NCBI GenBank assembly: GCA_964196195.1
Contig: CAXMSE010000039.1
Span: 66,329 to 130,328, forward strand
Direction: 5' to 3'
DNA length: 64,000 bases
DNA from: an uncultured Gammaproteobacteria bacterium
GTDB lineage: Bacteria; Actinomycetota; Acidimicrobiia; Acidimicrobiales; Aldehydirespiratoraceae
In this document: one piece after another, positions 50,612 through 60,293 of the stretch
Layout of the letters: every line of letters begins with the position of its first letter
Position numbering within the stretch: position 1 is the stretch's first letter
Notes under the pieces: model-generated
The model's database searches: none
Seen by the model: only the letters and a program-made list of their open reading frames with translations
Told to the model about the DNA's origin: nothing
Made by a program: the position numbers and the translations under genes

Positions 50612-50650
50612 GCCGTGCCGCCCTTTGAGGGCGGCACGGCTGTTTCTCGT
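50612..50650 (+). terminator. Intrinsic terminator
   Basis: A perfect 12-bp stem pairs GCCGTGCCGCCC (50612-23) with GGGCGGCACGGC (50629-40). The loop is TTTGA and TGTTTCTCGT follows. It lies 24 nt after the stop codon. Confidence 0.7.
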
Positions 50651-50974
50651 ACCCTGGTCGGAGTCCCCCGGGAGGCATCTCGCGGCTCCGGGCGCCCGAA
50701 TGCTGCTGTGTCTCAATGTCTCAATACTGCAATGTTGGTGTGGGACCTTTGACCCTTGAAGAGGCATTTGTAATCACTTTCTATGGCCGGTAATGACGTT
50801 CTGGGGGATGGTTTGGCCCGCACTTTGCTATCTCTTTGCGGTTTGTTTACGTCTCGGGATGAAATCCCTGATCATCTGGACTAAGGTCCAGCCGGGTTCG
50901 ATGTTGAGCGGGTGCAGGGCCGCAAGACATCAAGCTCGGGGATTTCGGTCCCCGATCCCCCTCCAGGGAAACTA

Positions 50975-51008
50975 GGGCTCGGTCGGCGTGAATTCGCCGG
51001 CCGAGCCC
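50975..51008 (+). other. Strong 14-bp hairpin in the aquaporin 5' leader (attenuator / RNA-element candidate)
   Basis: GGGCTCGGTCGGCG-TGAATT-CGCCGGCCGAGCCC, with one G-U pair. It ends 17 nt before the ATG at 51026, and no SD-like sequence follows it. Confidence 0.3.
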
Positions 51009-51025
51009 AAGCCCTTTCTGACCTC

Positions 51026-51679
51026 ATGAATCGTCGCCTTCTAGCCGAATTCATCGGCACCGCCCTCCTGCTCAGCGGCGTAATCGGCTCGGGAATCATG
51101 GCCGAACGGCTCACCGACGATGCTGCCTTGCAGCTCCTTGCCAATGCCGGGGCAACCGTGGGTGTGCTCTACACCATCATCTTGATGTTCGGCCCTGTCT
51201 CCGGTGCCCATTTCAACCCAGCAGTCACCCTTTCCGACGCCTCACTAGGCGGCCGACCGTGGTCTGATGTGGCCCCCTACATCGCCGCCCAACTCGCAGG
51301 TGGTGCCGTGGGCGTGATCGTGGCCAATCTCATGTTCGAGCTGGATGCGGTGAATGTGAGCGAGAAGGTGCGCGATGGTGGCGGCCAGTACCTCGGCGAG
51401 GTCGTCGCCACTTTCGGGCTCGTATTCCTGATCTTCTCCCTGGTGCGGTCGGGTCGTGACCACCTGGCGGCTTCGGCCGTCGCGGCCTACATCGGCGGTG
51501 CCTACTGGTTCACGTCGTCGACATCTTTCGCCAATCCGGCGGTGTCGGCGACCCGAACCCTCAGCAACACCTTCGCAGGGATCGACCCGGGGTCAGCCCC
51601 GATGTTCATAGTGATGGAATTGATCGGTGCGGGCCTCGCGGTGGGCGCGATCCGGGTGATCTATCCGGCTCGGAGCTGA
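51026..51679 (+). CDS. MIP-family channel (aquaporin/glycerol facilitator-like)
   Basis: ATG at 51026 gives MNRRLLAEFIGTALLL. Two NPA boxes are present (SGAHFNPAVTL and FANPAVSATR). About 6 TM segments. Confidence 0.85.
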   Translation: MNRRLLAEFIGTALLLSGVIGSGIMAERLTDDAALQLLANAGATVGVLYTIILMFGPVSGAHFNPAVTLSDASLGGRPWSDVAPYIAAQLAGGAVGVIVANLMFELDAVNVSEKVRDGGGQYLGEVVATFGLVFLIFSLVRSGRDHLAASAVAAYIGGAYWFTSSTSFANPAVSATRTLSNTFAGIDPGSAPMFIVMELIGAGLAVGAIRVIYPARS

Positions 51680-52878
51680 TCGAGAGCAGCGAGCGCAGTG
51701 CCTACATGCATTGCCACACCGGCTGAGAGGGCCGATTCGTTGAGGCGCATGAGGTTGGAGTGCAGTCCGGCGGCGGTGGCGGGATCGGTTATGTCGGCGG
51801 GACATACTCCGAGGTTGCTTATCGCTCCGGGCACCTTCTCGAGCACGTAGGAGAAGTCCTCCGCCCCCATCACCGGGTTGGGCATGGGCACGTAGGCGTC
51901 GTTGCCCAACAAGGACCGGGCGACATCGGCCACGAGGTCTACCGACGCGGAATCATTGATGGTGGCGGGGTAGCCCTCGTCGATCCTGATCTCGGCGCTC
52001 GCGTCGTGAGCGGCAGTGATCGAGTGGACGAGACGCTCGAGCGCGGCATGGACCTGGATGCGGGTGCGGGGGCTCACGCAACGGATCGTGCCGACCAGCT
52101 GGGCACGCTCCGGGATCACATTATTGGTGGTGCCGGCGCTGATCTTGGTGACCGATACGACCGTGGGCTCGAATACGGGTATCTCGCGGGTGACCATCGT
52201 CTGGATCGAGGTGATCAGCTGGGCGGCAATCGCGATCGGGTCGGTGGTGTAGTGAGGCATCGAGGCGTGGCCGCCGCGGCCGATCACATCGATGTTGAAG
52301 GTGTCGGCCGATGCGAGCATCGCCCCCGCTCGTGACGACACGATGCCGGCAGGGGCATTCGGCGTGACGTGCATCGCATACGCGGCATCGACCCCATCGA
52401 GGACGCCCTCCTCGATCATCAGTCTGGCGCCGCCGTAACCCTCCTCTCCGGGTTGGAACATGAATCGAACCGAACCTCTGATTTCGCCTCGACGGGCCGA
52501 CAATATGCGTGCCGCGCCCACCAACATGGCCACATGGGAGTCGTGGCCGCAGGCGTGGGATCGGCCAGGAACCGTGGATGCGTACGCCGACACGGTGTCT
52601 TCGGCCATCGGCAGGGCATCGGTGTCGGCCCGGAGCAGGACGGTGGGACCGTCGCCTCCGCGGAGATCGGCCACTACGGAGGTGATATCGCCCTCACCCT
52701 GTCGAATCTCGAGAGGCAGGTCGGCCAGGGCGGCGGTGATCCGATTCTGGGTGATCGGATTGTCGGTTCCGAGCTCTGGCTCTCGATGGATGGCGCGACG
52801 AAGTTCGATCACCGATTCGAGGCCGGCGGCGGCCGCCTCGTTGACGGCGGCCGCAGACGATTGATCGAAGATTGTCAT
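51661..52878 (-). CDS. M20D-family amidohydrolase (N-acyl-amino-acid amidohydrolase / hippurate hydrolase-like)
   Basis: ATG at 52878 gives MTIFDQSS. RRAIHREPELG, HACGHDSH and FQPGEEGYGGA are present. The 3' end overlaps the aquaporin 3' end by 19 nt. Confidence 0.85.
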   Translation of the reverse strand: MTIFDQSSAAAVNEAAAAGLESVIELRRAIHREPELGTDNPITQNRITAALADLPLEIRQGEGDITSVVADLRGGDGPTVLLRADTDALPMAEDTVSAYASTVPGRSHACGHDSHVAMLVGAARILSARRGEIRGSVRFMFQPGEEGYGGARLMIEEGVLDGVDAAYAMHVTPNAPAGIVSSRAGAMLASADTFNIDVIGRGGHASMPHYTTDPIAIAAQLITSIQTMVTREIPVFEPTVVSVTKISAGTTNNVIPERAQLVGTIRCVSPRTRIQVHAALERLVHSITAAHDASAEIRIDEGYPATINDSASVDLVADVARSLLGNDAYVPMPNPVMGAEDFSYVLEKVPGAISNLGVCPADITDPATAAGLHSNLMRLNESALSAGVAMHVGTALAALDQLRAG

Positions 52879-53007
52879 GTGACCACAGTAGGCCGAAGAT
52901 ACGGTGCCCCGACATGGAGATCGTGCTGGTGCGACACGAGCGACGGAGGGAATCGCCGACTGAATCGGGTGTCGGGGTCCGATGAACACCGCAGCTACGG
53001 TCGGCTG

Positions 53008-53724
53008 ATGGCCGGCCCCCGCATCCCCCGCATCCTCCTCTCGCCGTGGCGTCAGAATCTCCCCACCCAGGTGCACGCCAACGAGGATCTGATCACGCTC
53101 GGCGTGGCCTATGTGGATGCGGTGCGGCGGGCCGGTGGGGTGCCTCTGCTCGCCCCCCACTCGCTCGATGACGACGAGGTCGACTCCCTGCTGGCGGTGG
53201 TCGACGGCGTTGTGATCACCGGTGGGGACGACATCGACCCTGCCGCCTACGGTGCTCTCGACGAGGCGAGCATCGGCGTGCGCCCCGAAGCCGACGTAGC
53301 AGATCTTCGCCTGCTCTCCGCAGCATTCGATCGGGGACTGCCGGTGCTCGGTGTCTGTCGCGGCCTACAGATCGCCAATGTCTTCTTCGGCGGCGACCTC
53401 ATCCAAGAGGCGCGATCAGACGACGACTCCGAACACCCGATGGTCGACCCGGCCACGAACCACGCCCACCTGCACACCATTGACATCGCGCTCGGGTCAC
53501 GCCTTTCGATGATCTACGAAGCAAGCTCTCTCGAGGTCGGGTCGTTGCACCACCAAGCCATCGGAAGACTCGGCGAGGGCCTCGTGGCCACCGCCCACAC
53601 CCGTGGCGGAGTGGTCGAGGCGGTGGAGGCCCGGCATCACGATCTCCTGGCGGTGCAGTGGCATCCCGAACTCGGGGCCGTCGGCGACGCCCTCTTCGTC
53701 GATGTAGTCGACCGTGCTCGGTAG
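53008..53724 (+). CDS. Class-I glutamine amidotransferase-like, gamma-glutamyl-GABA hydrolase (PuuD/peptidase C26) family
   Basis: ITGGDDIDP, the catalytic-Cys motif GVCRGLQ, then HHQA and VQWHPE. Start uncertain (ATG 53008 chosen). Confidence 0.8.
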   Translation: MAGPRIPRILLSPWRQNLPTQVHANEDLITLGVAYVDAVRRAGGVPLLAPHSLDDDEVDSLLAVVDGVVITGGDDIDPAAYGALDEASIGVRPEADVADLRLLSAAFDRGLPVLGVCRGLQIANVFFGGDLIQEARSDDDSEHPMVDPATNHAHLHTIDIALGSRLSMIYEASSLEVGSLHHQAIGRLGEGLVATAHTRGGVVEAVEARHHDLLAVQWHPELGAVGDALFVDVVDRAR

Positions 53725-53735
53725 GGTTCGCGCCC

Positions 53736-54131
53736 ATGCTCTCAGCCGATCTCGACACCATCCGAGTTGCTCTCCATCTCCTGGGCGTCACCGTCTGGAT
53801 CGGTGGACAGATCCTGATGGCTGCACTGGTGCCCGTCCTGAGGGGCATCGCCCCCGATGCCCCTCGCCTCGCCGCAGCCCGCTTCGGCCAGGTGGCGTGG
53901 GCCTTCTTTGGGCTGGCGATGATCACCGGCATCTGGAACATCCTGGCCCTCGAAGGCACCCAGTCCGCCGAGTACAACGCAACCCTCGGGGTGAAGCTGC
54001 TTGCGGTCACGCTCTCGGGCATGGCCGCCTTTCTCCACCAGCGCACGCCCTCGGCCGCGGTTCGGGGAGTCACCGGAGGGATTGGCCTGCTGGCATCGTT
54101 GGCTGCCCTGTTCCTCGGTGTGATGCTGTGA
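53736..54131 (+). CDS. Hypothetical integral membrane protein (~4 TM, 131 aa)
   Basis: ATG at 53736. Four hydrophobic segments (LHLLGVTVWIGGQILMAALV, WAFFGLAMITGIWNILAL, LLAVTLSGMAAFL, GGIGLLASLAALFLGVML). Confidence 0.6.
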   Translation: MLSADLDTIRVALHLLGVTVWIGGQILMAALVPVLRGIAPDAPRLAAARFGQVAWAFFGLAMITGIWNILALEGTQSAEYNATLGVKLLAVTLSGMAAFLHQRTPSAAVRGVTGGIGLLASLAALFLGVML

Positions 54132-54147
54132 GCCGGGGTGTGGCGCG

Positions 54148-54768
54148 ATGAGCGAGTGGGTTCGCCGAGGCGCCGATGGCGTCACCCGCTGTTGGTGGCC
54201 CGGCGCCGACGACGACTATGTCGCCTACCACGACCACGAGTGGGGTCGCCCCGTGGTCGACGACATCCGACTCTTCGAGAAGGTGTGTCTGGAGGGATTC
54301 CAAGCGGGCCTCTCCTGGCTCACGATCCTTCGTAAACGCGACAACTTCCGAGCTGCGTTCGAGGGTTTCGACTTCGTGAAGGTAACGAGCTTTGGTGAGA
54401 CCGATGTGGAACGCCTGTTGGGCGACGCCGGCATCGTCCGCCATCAGGGCAAGATCCGCTCCACTATCAACAACGCGGGCCGGGCCATCGAACTGGTCGA
54501 GGAGGCGGGATCGTTGGCCGCCTGGTTCTGGAGTTGGGAACCAGAGGCGCTCGAGGGCGATCCCGGTGGCGAGTGGCCGGTGCCGAGCATCACGCCCACG
54601 TCGAGTGCGATCGCCAAGGCACTCAAAAAAAAGGGTTGGACCTTCGTGGGGCCAACCACCGTCTATGCCTTCATGCAGGCGATGGGGATGGTCAACGACC
54701 ACCTCCCCGGATGCGCAGCCGGCGAGGAATGTGAGCGGGAACGCTCCGCCTTGCCACGCCCCCGCTGA
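54148..54768 (+). CDS. tag: DNA-3-methyladenine glycosylase I
   Basis: 206 aa. CWW...YHDHEWGRP...LFEKVCLEGFQAGLSWLTILRKRDNFRAAF is the canonical Tag signature. Confidence 0.9.
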   Translation: MSEWVRRGADGVTRCWWPGADDDYVAYHDHEWGRPVVDDIRLFEKVCLEGFQAGLSWLTILRKRDNFRAAFEGFDFVKVTSFGETDVERLLGDAGIVRHQGKIRSTINNAGRAIELVEEAGSLAAWFWSWEPEALEGDPGGEWPVPSITPTSSAIAKALKKKGWTFVGPTTVYAFMQAMGMVNDHLPGCAAGEECERERSALPRPR

Positions 54769-55658
54769 TGTCGCAGGCCTCGAATACCGTCCGCGCCGAG
54801 GACGTCCACTTCGCACCTCTCGACTGGGGTCTGCTGCTGGCGACGTCGCTCATCTGGGGCTCGTCGTTCCTGTTCATGGCGATCGGCCTCGACGCGTTCG
54901 AGCCCGGTCTCGTGTCGTTCCTGCGGGTAGGCCTCGGCGCCGCAACCGTCGTGTTCATCCCCGGTGCCCGTGGTCCAGTGGCTCGAGCTGATCTCGGCAA
55001 GATCGCGATGGTCGGGTTCATGTGGATGGCGTTGCCTCTCACCCTGTTTCCGATCGCCCAACAGTGGGTGGACTCGTCGGTGGCCGGGATGCTCAACAGT
55101 GCGATGCCGCTGTTGACGGTGCTCATTGCCTGGTCGGCCTTCTCCACTCCCACCGGGCCCCGGCGCTTGTTCGGGGTGTCGGTGGGGCTCGTCGGCATAT
55201 TGCTGATCGGGATTCCCGAGGCTGCCACCGCAGGCACCAACGCCGCGGGAGTACTGCTGGTCGTGATCGCAGTCGCCTGTTACGGCGTGGCGGTCAACAT
55301 CGCCGGTCCCCTCCAGCGCCAGTATGGCTCCCTCCCCGTCATCGCCCGCTCCCTCGCCTTCGCCACCGTGTTCACAGCCCCCCTGGGCCTGTTCGGCTTG
55401 TCGGGCTCGAGCTTCTCGTGGAGCTCACTCGCGGCCTGTGCCGCGGTAGGCGTCGGCGGCACCGGTATCGCCTACTCGTTGGCGGCAACCCTCGCGGGGC
55501 GAGTGGGAGCGGTACGGATGTCGATCGTCAGCTACGTGATTCCGATCGTTTCGATAGCTTTCGGTGTGGCGTTCCGCGACGAAACGGTGAGCTTCTGGGC
55601 GATCGCCGGCACCGCGGTGGTGCTGGTGGGTGCCTACTTGAGTTCTCGGGTGGACTGA
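54768..55658 (+). CDS. EamA/DMT-family transporter
   Basis: 296 aa with ~10 TM segments in two repeated halves. The start overlaps the tag stop (TGATG). Confidence 0.8.
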   Translation: MSQASNTVRAEDVHFAPLDWGLLLATSLIWGSSFLFMAIGLDAFEPGLVSFLRVGLGAATVVFIPGARGPVARADLGKIAMVGFMWMALPLTLFPIAQQWVDSSVAGMLNSAMPLLTVLIAWSAFSTPTGPRRLFGVSVGLVGILLIGIPEAATAGTNAAGVLLVVIAVACYGVAVNIAGPLQRQYGSLPVIARSLAFATVFTAPLGLFGLSGSSFSWSSLAACAAVGVGGTGIAYSLAATLAGRVGAVRMSIVSYVIPIVSIAFGVAFRDETVSFWAIAGTAVVLVGAYLSSRVD

Positions 55659-57206
55659 CTAGTCGACGGTGGTGCCCGCGAACTGTTCTCGCAGGATGCG
55701 CTTGAGGGTCTTGCCGGTGGAGTTGCGGGGGATCGTGTCGACGAACTCCACCGCCCTCGGCTGCTTGAAACGGGCCAGCTTGCCGTCGGTGTATTGGAGC
55801 ACTGCTTCGGCCGTAACGGTGTCGTCGGCCCGCACCACGATGGCCAGCGGCGACTCGCCCCATTTTCCCGAGGGCACGCCGATGACAGCCACCTCGTTGA
55901 CGCCCTCCATCGTCAGGATGGCGTTTTCGATCTCGGCCGGATACACGTTTTCGCCGCCGGAGATGATCATGTCCTTCACCCGATCCTGGATGTAGACGAA
56001 ACCCTCGGCATCGATGACAGCCACGTCGCCGGTGTTGAGCCAGCCATCGACGATCGCTTCTGCGGTTGCCTCGGGACGGTTCCAGTAGCCGGTCATGACA
56101 TGGGGTCCCCGCACGAGAACCTCACCGGGTTCGTCCGGCGCACAGTCGTCACCGGCCTCGTTGACCACCCGCACGTCGGTGTAGAAGAAGGCCTTTCCAG
56201 TGGATCCGGCGTGCTCGAGTGCGTCGTCGGGCGAGATGAGGCAGGCCGGGCCGCACGTCTCGGTGAGTCCGTAGACCTGATGGATCTCGATCCCCATGTC
56301 TTCGTAGGTGCGGATGAGCGACTCCGGCACCGGCGCGGCACCGCTCATCACCCAGCGCAACGAAGGCACCTGGTGGGCTTCGGCATCGTAGGTGAGGAGC
56401 ATGAACTGGAGCATCACGGGCACCGCGAGCGTGACCGTGACCTTCTCGTCGCGGAGCACCTCCCACATCTTCACCGGGTCGAACTCGCTCATGATCACGC
56501 CCGTTCCCCCCAGGTTGGCGATGCTGAGCAGGGGGTTGAGCGCTCCTACGTGAAAGAGCGGCAGACAGATCAGGTAGCGGTCGCCGTATTGGGTGTCGGC
56601 AGTGGTGTTGGCTGTGATTACCGACCACAGGGCCGTGTTGTGGGAGTGCATCACTCCCTTCGGGAGGCCGGTGGTGCCCGAGGTGTACATGATGAAAAGG
56701 AGGTCGTCGTCGGAGGCCGTGCACTCGGGCTCGTGACTCGAAGCCCCGCTCATCATGTCCTCGTAGCCATCGGCGAAATCGGGGCGACCGGCCGCATCAC
56801 CTACATGGATCCAGCGGGTGATCTGGGTGCCGTCGGTGCCTCGGCCGTGGAGCTCGGTGACCACCTCGTTGAATGCGCTGCCGAACAGAAGGGTGCTGGA
56901 TCCTGAGTCGGTGAGAATGAACGAGAGCTCGTCGGCGATCAGGCGCCAGTTGAGCGCAACAATCACCCCGCCCACCTTGGCTGCACCGAAGAACGTCTCG
57001 ACGAACTCCGGTCCGTTCATCAGCAGGGTGGCGACGCGATCGCCGACCTGGAGGCCGCCCGCGGTGAGCCCGTTGGCCGCCTTGTTGCAGCGCGCGTTGA
57101 GCTCTGGGTAGGTGAGCCGCTTGCCGCTCGTTATGTCGACGACTGCCTCGGTGCTCGGGTTGAGCTCGGCTCGTTTGGTGATGAACAGGCCAATATTGTT
57201 CTTCAT
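55659..57206 (-). CDS. Long-chain-fatty-acid--CoA ligase (AMP-binding family)
   Basis: 515 aa. MYTSGTTGLPKGVMHSH, YGLTETCG, GWLNTGD and a C-terminal NSTGKTLKR are present. Confidence 0.9.
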   Translation of the reverse strand: MKNNIGLFITKRAELNPSTEAVVDITSGKRLTYPELNARCNKAANGLTAGGLQVGDRVATLLMNGPEFVETFFGAAKVGGVIVALNWRLIADELSFILTDSGSSTLLFGSAFNEVVTELHGRGTDGTQITRWIHVGDAAGRPDFADGYEDMMSGASSHEPECTASDDDLLFIMYTSGTTGLPKGVMHSHNTALWSVITANTTADTQYGDRYLICLPLFHVGALNPLLSIANLGGTGVIMSEFDPVKMWEVLRDEKVTVTLAVPVMLQFMLLTYDAEAHQVPSLRWVMSGAAPVPESLIRTYEDMGIEIHQVYGLTETCGPACLISPDDALEHAGSTGKAFFYTDVRVVNEAGDDCAPDEPGEVLVRGPHVMTGYWNRPEATAEAIVDGWLNTGDVAVIDAEGFVYIQDRVKDMIISGGENVYPAEIENAILTMEGVNEVAVIGVPSGKWGESPLAIVVRADDTVTAEAVLQYTDGKLARFKQPRAVEFVDTIPRNSTGKTLKRILREQFAGTTVD

Positions 57207-57263
57207 GCCCGGATGGTAGACCGTCGGGCACCCATGACATACACGAGGGGATCGATTCCGAAC

Positions 57264-57716
57264 ATGAGTGACCCAGTGATCGAGATCGCCAACAATCGAT
57301 CAATTACTGCCGCGCCCTCGGCGGCGTGGGCTGTGTTGGCCGACTTTGATCATCTCGCCGACTGGGCTGCGGGAGTGACTCACAGCAGCCCGATGACCGC
57401 GACCCCACCTGGGATTGGCGCGACCCGTCGCGTGCAGGCCGGAGCAGTCACCCTGGTGGAGACGATCACCCGATGGGAACCGGAGCGGGTCCTGGCCTAC
57501 GAACTCGGGGGGCTGCCCCCTTTCATCGGCTCGGCGTCGAATCGGTGGGTGCTCACCGAGACCGCATCGGGCACCGACGTCAGCCTTACCGTGGCGATCG
57601 AGCCTCGCCCGAAGCTTGCGTCGAAGGCCCTCGCTCGGGTCGTGGCTCGCCGCATCTCCGCCGCCAACAAGGCCTTGCTCGCGAGCTTGGCCGCCAGAGC
57701 CGAACGAGGCGATTGA
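57264..57716 (+). CDS. SRPBCC-family protein (START/polyketide-cyclase-like fold)
   Basis: 150 aa from ATG 57264. The pattern ...ITAAPSAAWAVLADFDHLADWA... and the size are typical of the SRPBCC ligand-binding family. Confidence 0.6.
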   Translation: MSDPVIEIANNRSITAAPSAAWAVLADFDHLADWAAGVTHSSPMTATPPGIGATRRVQAGAVTLVETITRWEPERVLAYELGGLPPFIGSASNRWVLTETASGTDVSLTVAIEPRPKLASKALARVVARRISAANKALLASLAARAERGD

Positions 57717-57721
57717 GTCCC

Positions 57722-59455
57722 ATGAGCCAACCCGACCTGATTGTCATCCTCACCGACGAGGAGAGGGCTGCGCCGCCCTACGAGACGCCCGAGTTGACTC
57801 GATGGAGAGAGCAACACCTACCGGGACGGCGCTGGTTCACCGACAACGGCATCGACTTCCGACGCCACTATGTGGCGGCCACGGCGTGTGTGCCCAGCCG
57901 CCCCAGTCTGCTCACCGGCCAGTACCCCGACGTGCACGGTGTCACCCAGACCGATGGGCTGGGTAAGAACCACGACGACACGAGGATGCGCTGGCTGCGC
58001 GCCGGCGAGGTGCCGACGATGGGGCACTGGTTCCGAGCCGCCGGTTACGACACCCACTACAACGGAAAGTGGCACGTGAGCCACGCCGATCTGATGGCGA
58101 ACGGCCGGCCGTTGGCCACCAACACCAACGAGGGAAGGGTGATCCCAGAGGCGGTCGACGCCTATCTCGAGGCCGATCCCCTCGATGAGTACGGCTTCAG
58201 TGGTTGGGTCGGCCCTGAGCCCCATGGTGGCCGTCTGGCCGACAGTGGATTCATCCGCGATCCCCTCATCGCCGATCGGGTGGTGGCATGGCTCCACGAC
58301 CGCTTTCGGCGGCGCGACGATGGAGACACCGAAGCGCTCCGACCCTTCCTGCTGGTGTGCTCGTTCGTGAATCCCCACGACATCGTCTTGTGGCCTCTCT
58401 ACGCCCGGCGGGGCAGCCCACTGTCGCCGACCCTGGCCCCACCACCGCCGGTGCCGCCCTCGCCCACCGACGACGAAGATCTTCGCTCCAAGCCCGCGGT
58501 CCACAGCGCCTACCGCGACGCCTACTACTCGGCTTACGGGCCAACGAGGTTCGTGAAGAAGGCGTACCTCGGAAAGGCGGCCGAATACCGTTCCACCTAT
58601 CACCGCCTGCACCACGACGTCGACGGGCCGATCGACAGGGTGCGCAGGGCTGTCACCGACAACGCCGACGATGCCGTTCTGGTGTTCAGCGCCGACCATG
58701 GCGACATGCTCGGCGCCCACGGTGGGATGCATCAGAAGTGGTATCAGCTCTACGACGAGGCGGTGCGTGTGCCGTTCACCGTCGCGAGGGTCGGCGCCCA
58801 GCCGTCTATCGGCGCAGTGATCGACGAGGTGCCCACCAGCCATATCGACCTGCTTCCCACGCTCCTGGGGTTTGCCGACGCCGATATCGGTGCCTTGGTG
58901 GCTGATCTCACCGCCCGCCACTCCGAGGTTCATCCGCTGCCGGGTCGAGACCTCAGCGGTGTCATAACCGACCCTTCAGCGGGGTTGGCGTCGTCCCCCG
59001 TCTACCTCATCACCAGAGACAACATGCTCGAGGGCGACGGATCGGCCAGCGCCGTGGCCCGGGCCCGAGGGCGCGTCGACCCTCCATTTCCTCTCCAGAT
59101 CAGGATCCCGGCGCACGCGGCCACCAATGTCGAAGCGGTGGTTGCCCGCCACGACGAACGACTTTGGAAGCTCGCTCGCACCTTCGACGATCCGGCCACC
59201 TGGTCCGAGCCCCACGTCAGGCACCTCTCGATTCGTAGCCCGGCCGGACCCGCTTACCGCACTGAGCCGATCCCCGACCAGTGGGAGCTCTACGACCTCA
59301 CGCGAGATCCGTTCGAAGCAACGAATCTCGCCCACGACCCCACCTACTCCGGCGTGCGGTCCACCCTCGAAGCCGATTTGTCGGAGGCCCGTTCGCAAAG
59401 GGTGCCCGAGCGCAACGAAAACTGGCCCTATGCCGTGCGACCGGACACAATCTGA
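57722..59455 (+). CDS. Sulfatase (formylglycine-dependent, Cys-type)
   Basis: ATG at 57722 gives MSQPDLIVILTDEER. The C-x-P-x-R maturation motif is ACVPSRPSLLTGQYP, followed by FSADHGDMLGAHG. Confidence 0.85.
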   Translation: MSQPDLIVILTDEERAAPPYETPELTRWREQHLPGRRWFTDNGIDFRRHYVAATACVPSRPSLLTGQYPDVHGVTQTDGLGKNHDDTRMRWLRAGEVPTMGHWFRAAGYDTHYNGKWHVSHADLMANGRPLATNTNEGRVIPEAVDAYLEADPLDEYGFSGWVGPEPHGGRLADSGFIRDPLIADRVVAWLHDRFRRRDDGDTEALRPFLLVCSFVNPHDIVLWPLYARRGSPLSPTLAPPPPVPPSPTDDEDLRSKPAVHSAYRDAYYSAYGPTRFVKKAYLGKAAEYRSTYHRLHHDVDGPIDRVRRAVTDNADDAVLVFSADHGDMLGAHGGMHQKWYQLYDEAVRVPFTVARVGAQPSIGAVIDEVPTSHIDLLPTLLGFADADIGALVADLTARHSEVHPLPGRDLSGVITDPSAGLASSPVYLITRDNMLEGDGSASAVARARGRVDPPFPLQIRIPAHAATNVEAVVARHDERLWKLARTFDDPATWSEPHVRHLSIRSPAGPAYRTEPIPDQWELYDLTRDPFEATNLAHDPTYSGVRSTLEADLSEARSQRVPERNENWPYAVRPDTI

Positions 59456-59457
59456 TC

Positions 59458-60291
59458 ATGGAGATCGTGCTGCTGGGTACCGGTTCGCCACTGCCCGACC
59501 CCCGCCGGGCCGGGCCCTCGACCCTGCTGAAGGTCAATCAGACCGAGCACGTGCTCGTCGATGCCGGTCGGGGATGTGTCATGCGGATGGCAGGTGCCGG
59601 GTCCCTGCCGTCGCTTCTGGCTGGTGTGCTCGTCACCCACCTTCACAGCGATCACGTCACCGGCCTCGACGACGTCATCACCACCCACTGGATCATGTCC
59701 CCCGAGCCCACCCCGCTCTGTATCTGGGGGCCGGTCGGGATCGCCGACTTCGTCCGCCACACGATGGCCGCGCTGGCGGCAGATATCGGCTATCGGATCG
59801 CCCACCATGACGATCTCACCTGGGAGCCCATGGTGGACGTCACTGAGGTAGGTGCTGGCGACCGCTTCCATGTGGGGGGATCGATCGTGACGGTGCACCA
59901 GACCGAACATGCTCCCGTAGAGCCGTCGGTCGGGTTCCGCGTCGAGCATGGCCACTATGTGGTGGCCCTCGCCGGCGACACCGCGCCGTGTCCGGGTCTC
60001 GATGATCTGTGTGCCGACGCCGACGCGTATGTCCAGTCGGTGATCCTCGAGGATCTCGTGCGGGCCGTCCCCAACCGAAGACTGCACGACATCGTCGACT
60101 ACCACTCATCTGTCGCCCAGGCAGGTCAGACCGCCGCCCGCAACCGGGTCGGCCGCCTTGTGCTCACTCACATGGTTCCCGCGCCCCGACTCGATGGGTA
60201 CGACGAGTGGATAGAGGCGGCGGCAGCGCATTTCGATGGCGAGATCGTGATTGGCGACGACCTCACCACGGTCGATCTTGTCGAGCGCTGA
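59458..60291 (+). CDS. MBL-fold metallo-hydrolase (RNase Z/BN-like)
   Basis: ATG at 59458, 2 nt after the sulfatase stop, gives MEIVLLGTGSPLP. The metal motif is THLHSDHVTG and HS also occurs near the C-terminus. Confidence 0.8.
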   Translation: MEIVLLGTGSPLPDPRRAGPSTLLKVNQTEHVLVDAGRGCVMRMAGAGSLPSLLAGVLVTHLHSDHVTGLDDVITTHWIMSPEPTPLCIWGPVGIADFVRHTMAALAADIGYRIAHHDDLTWEPMVDVTEVGAGDRFHVGGSIVTVHQTEHAPVEPSVGFRVEHGHYVVALAGDTAPCPGLDDLCADADAYVQSVILEDLVRAVPNRRLHDIVDYHSSVAQAGQTAARNRVGRLVLTHMVPAPRLDGYDEWIEAAAAHFDGEIVIGDDLTTVDLVER

Positions 60292-60293
60292 CC

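Noticed and set aside
50885-50915. GGGTTCGAT resembles a tRNA T-loop.
   Set aside because: The flanking bases do not form a T-stem (CCGGG versus TTGAG). No acceptor or anticodon arms could be built.
50793-50975. A 60-aa ORF (MTFWGMVWPALCYLFAVCLRLGM...) in the aquaporin upstream region, possibly a small membrane peptide.
   Set aside because: No SD-like sequence. The GC3 bias is weak compared with real genes here, and the C-terminal half is Arg/Gly/Pro-rich. It is more likely part of a non-coding leader. Ribo-seq could revive it.
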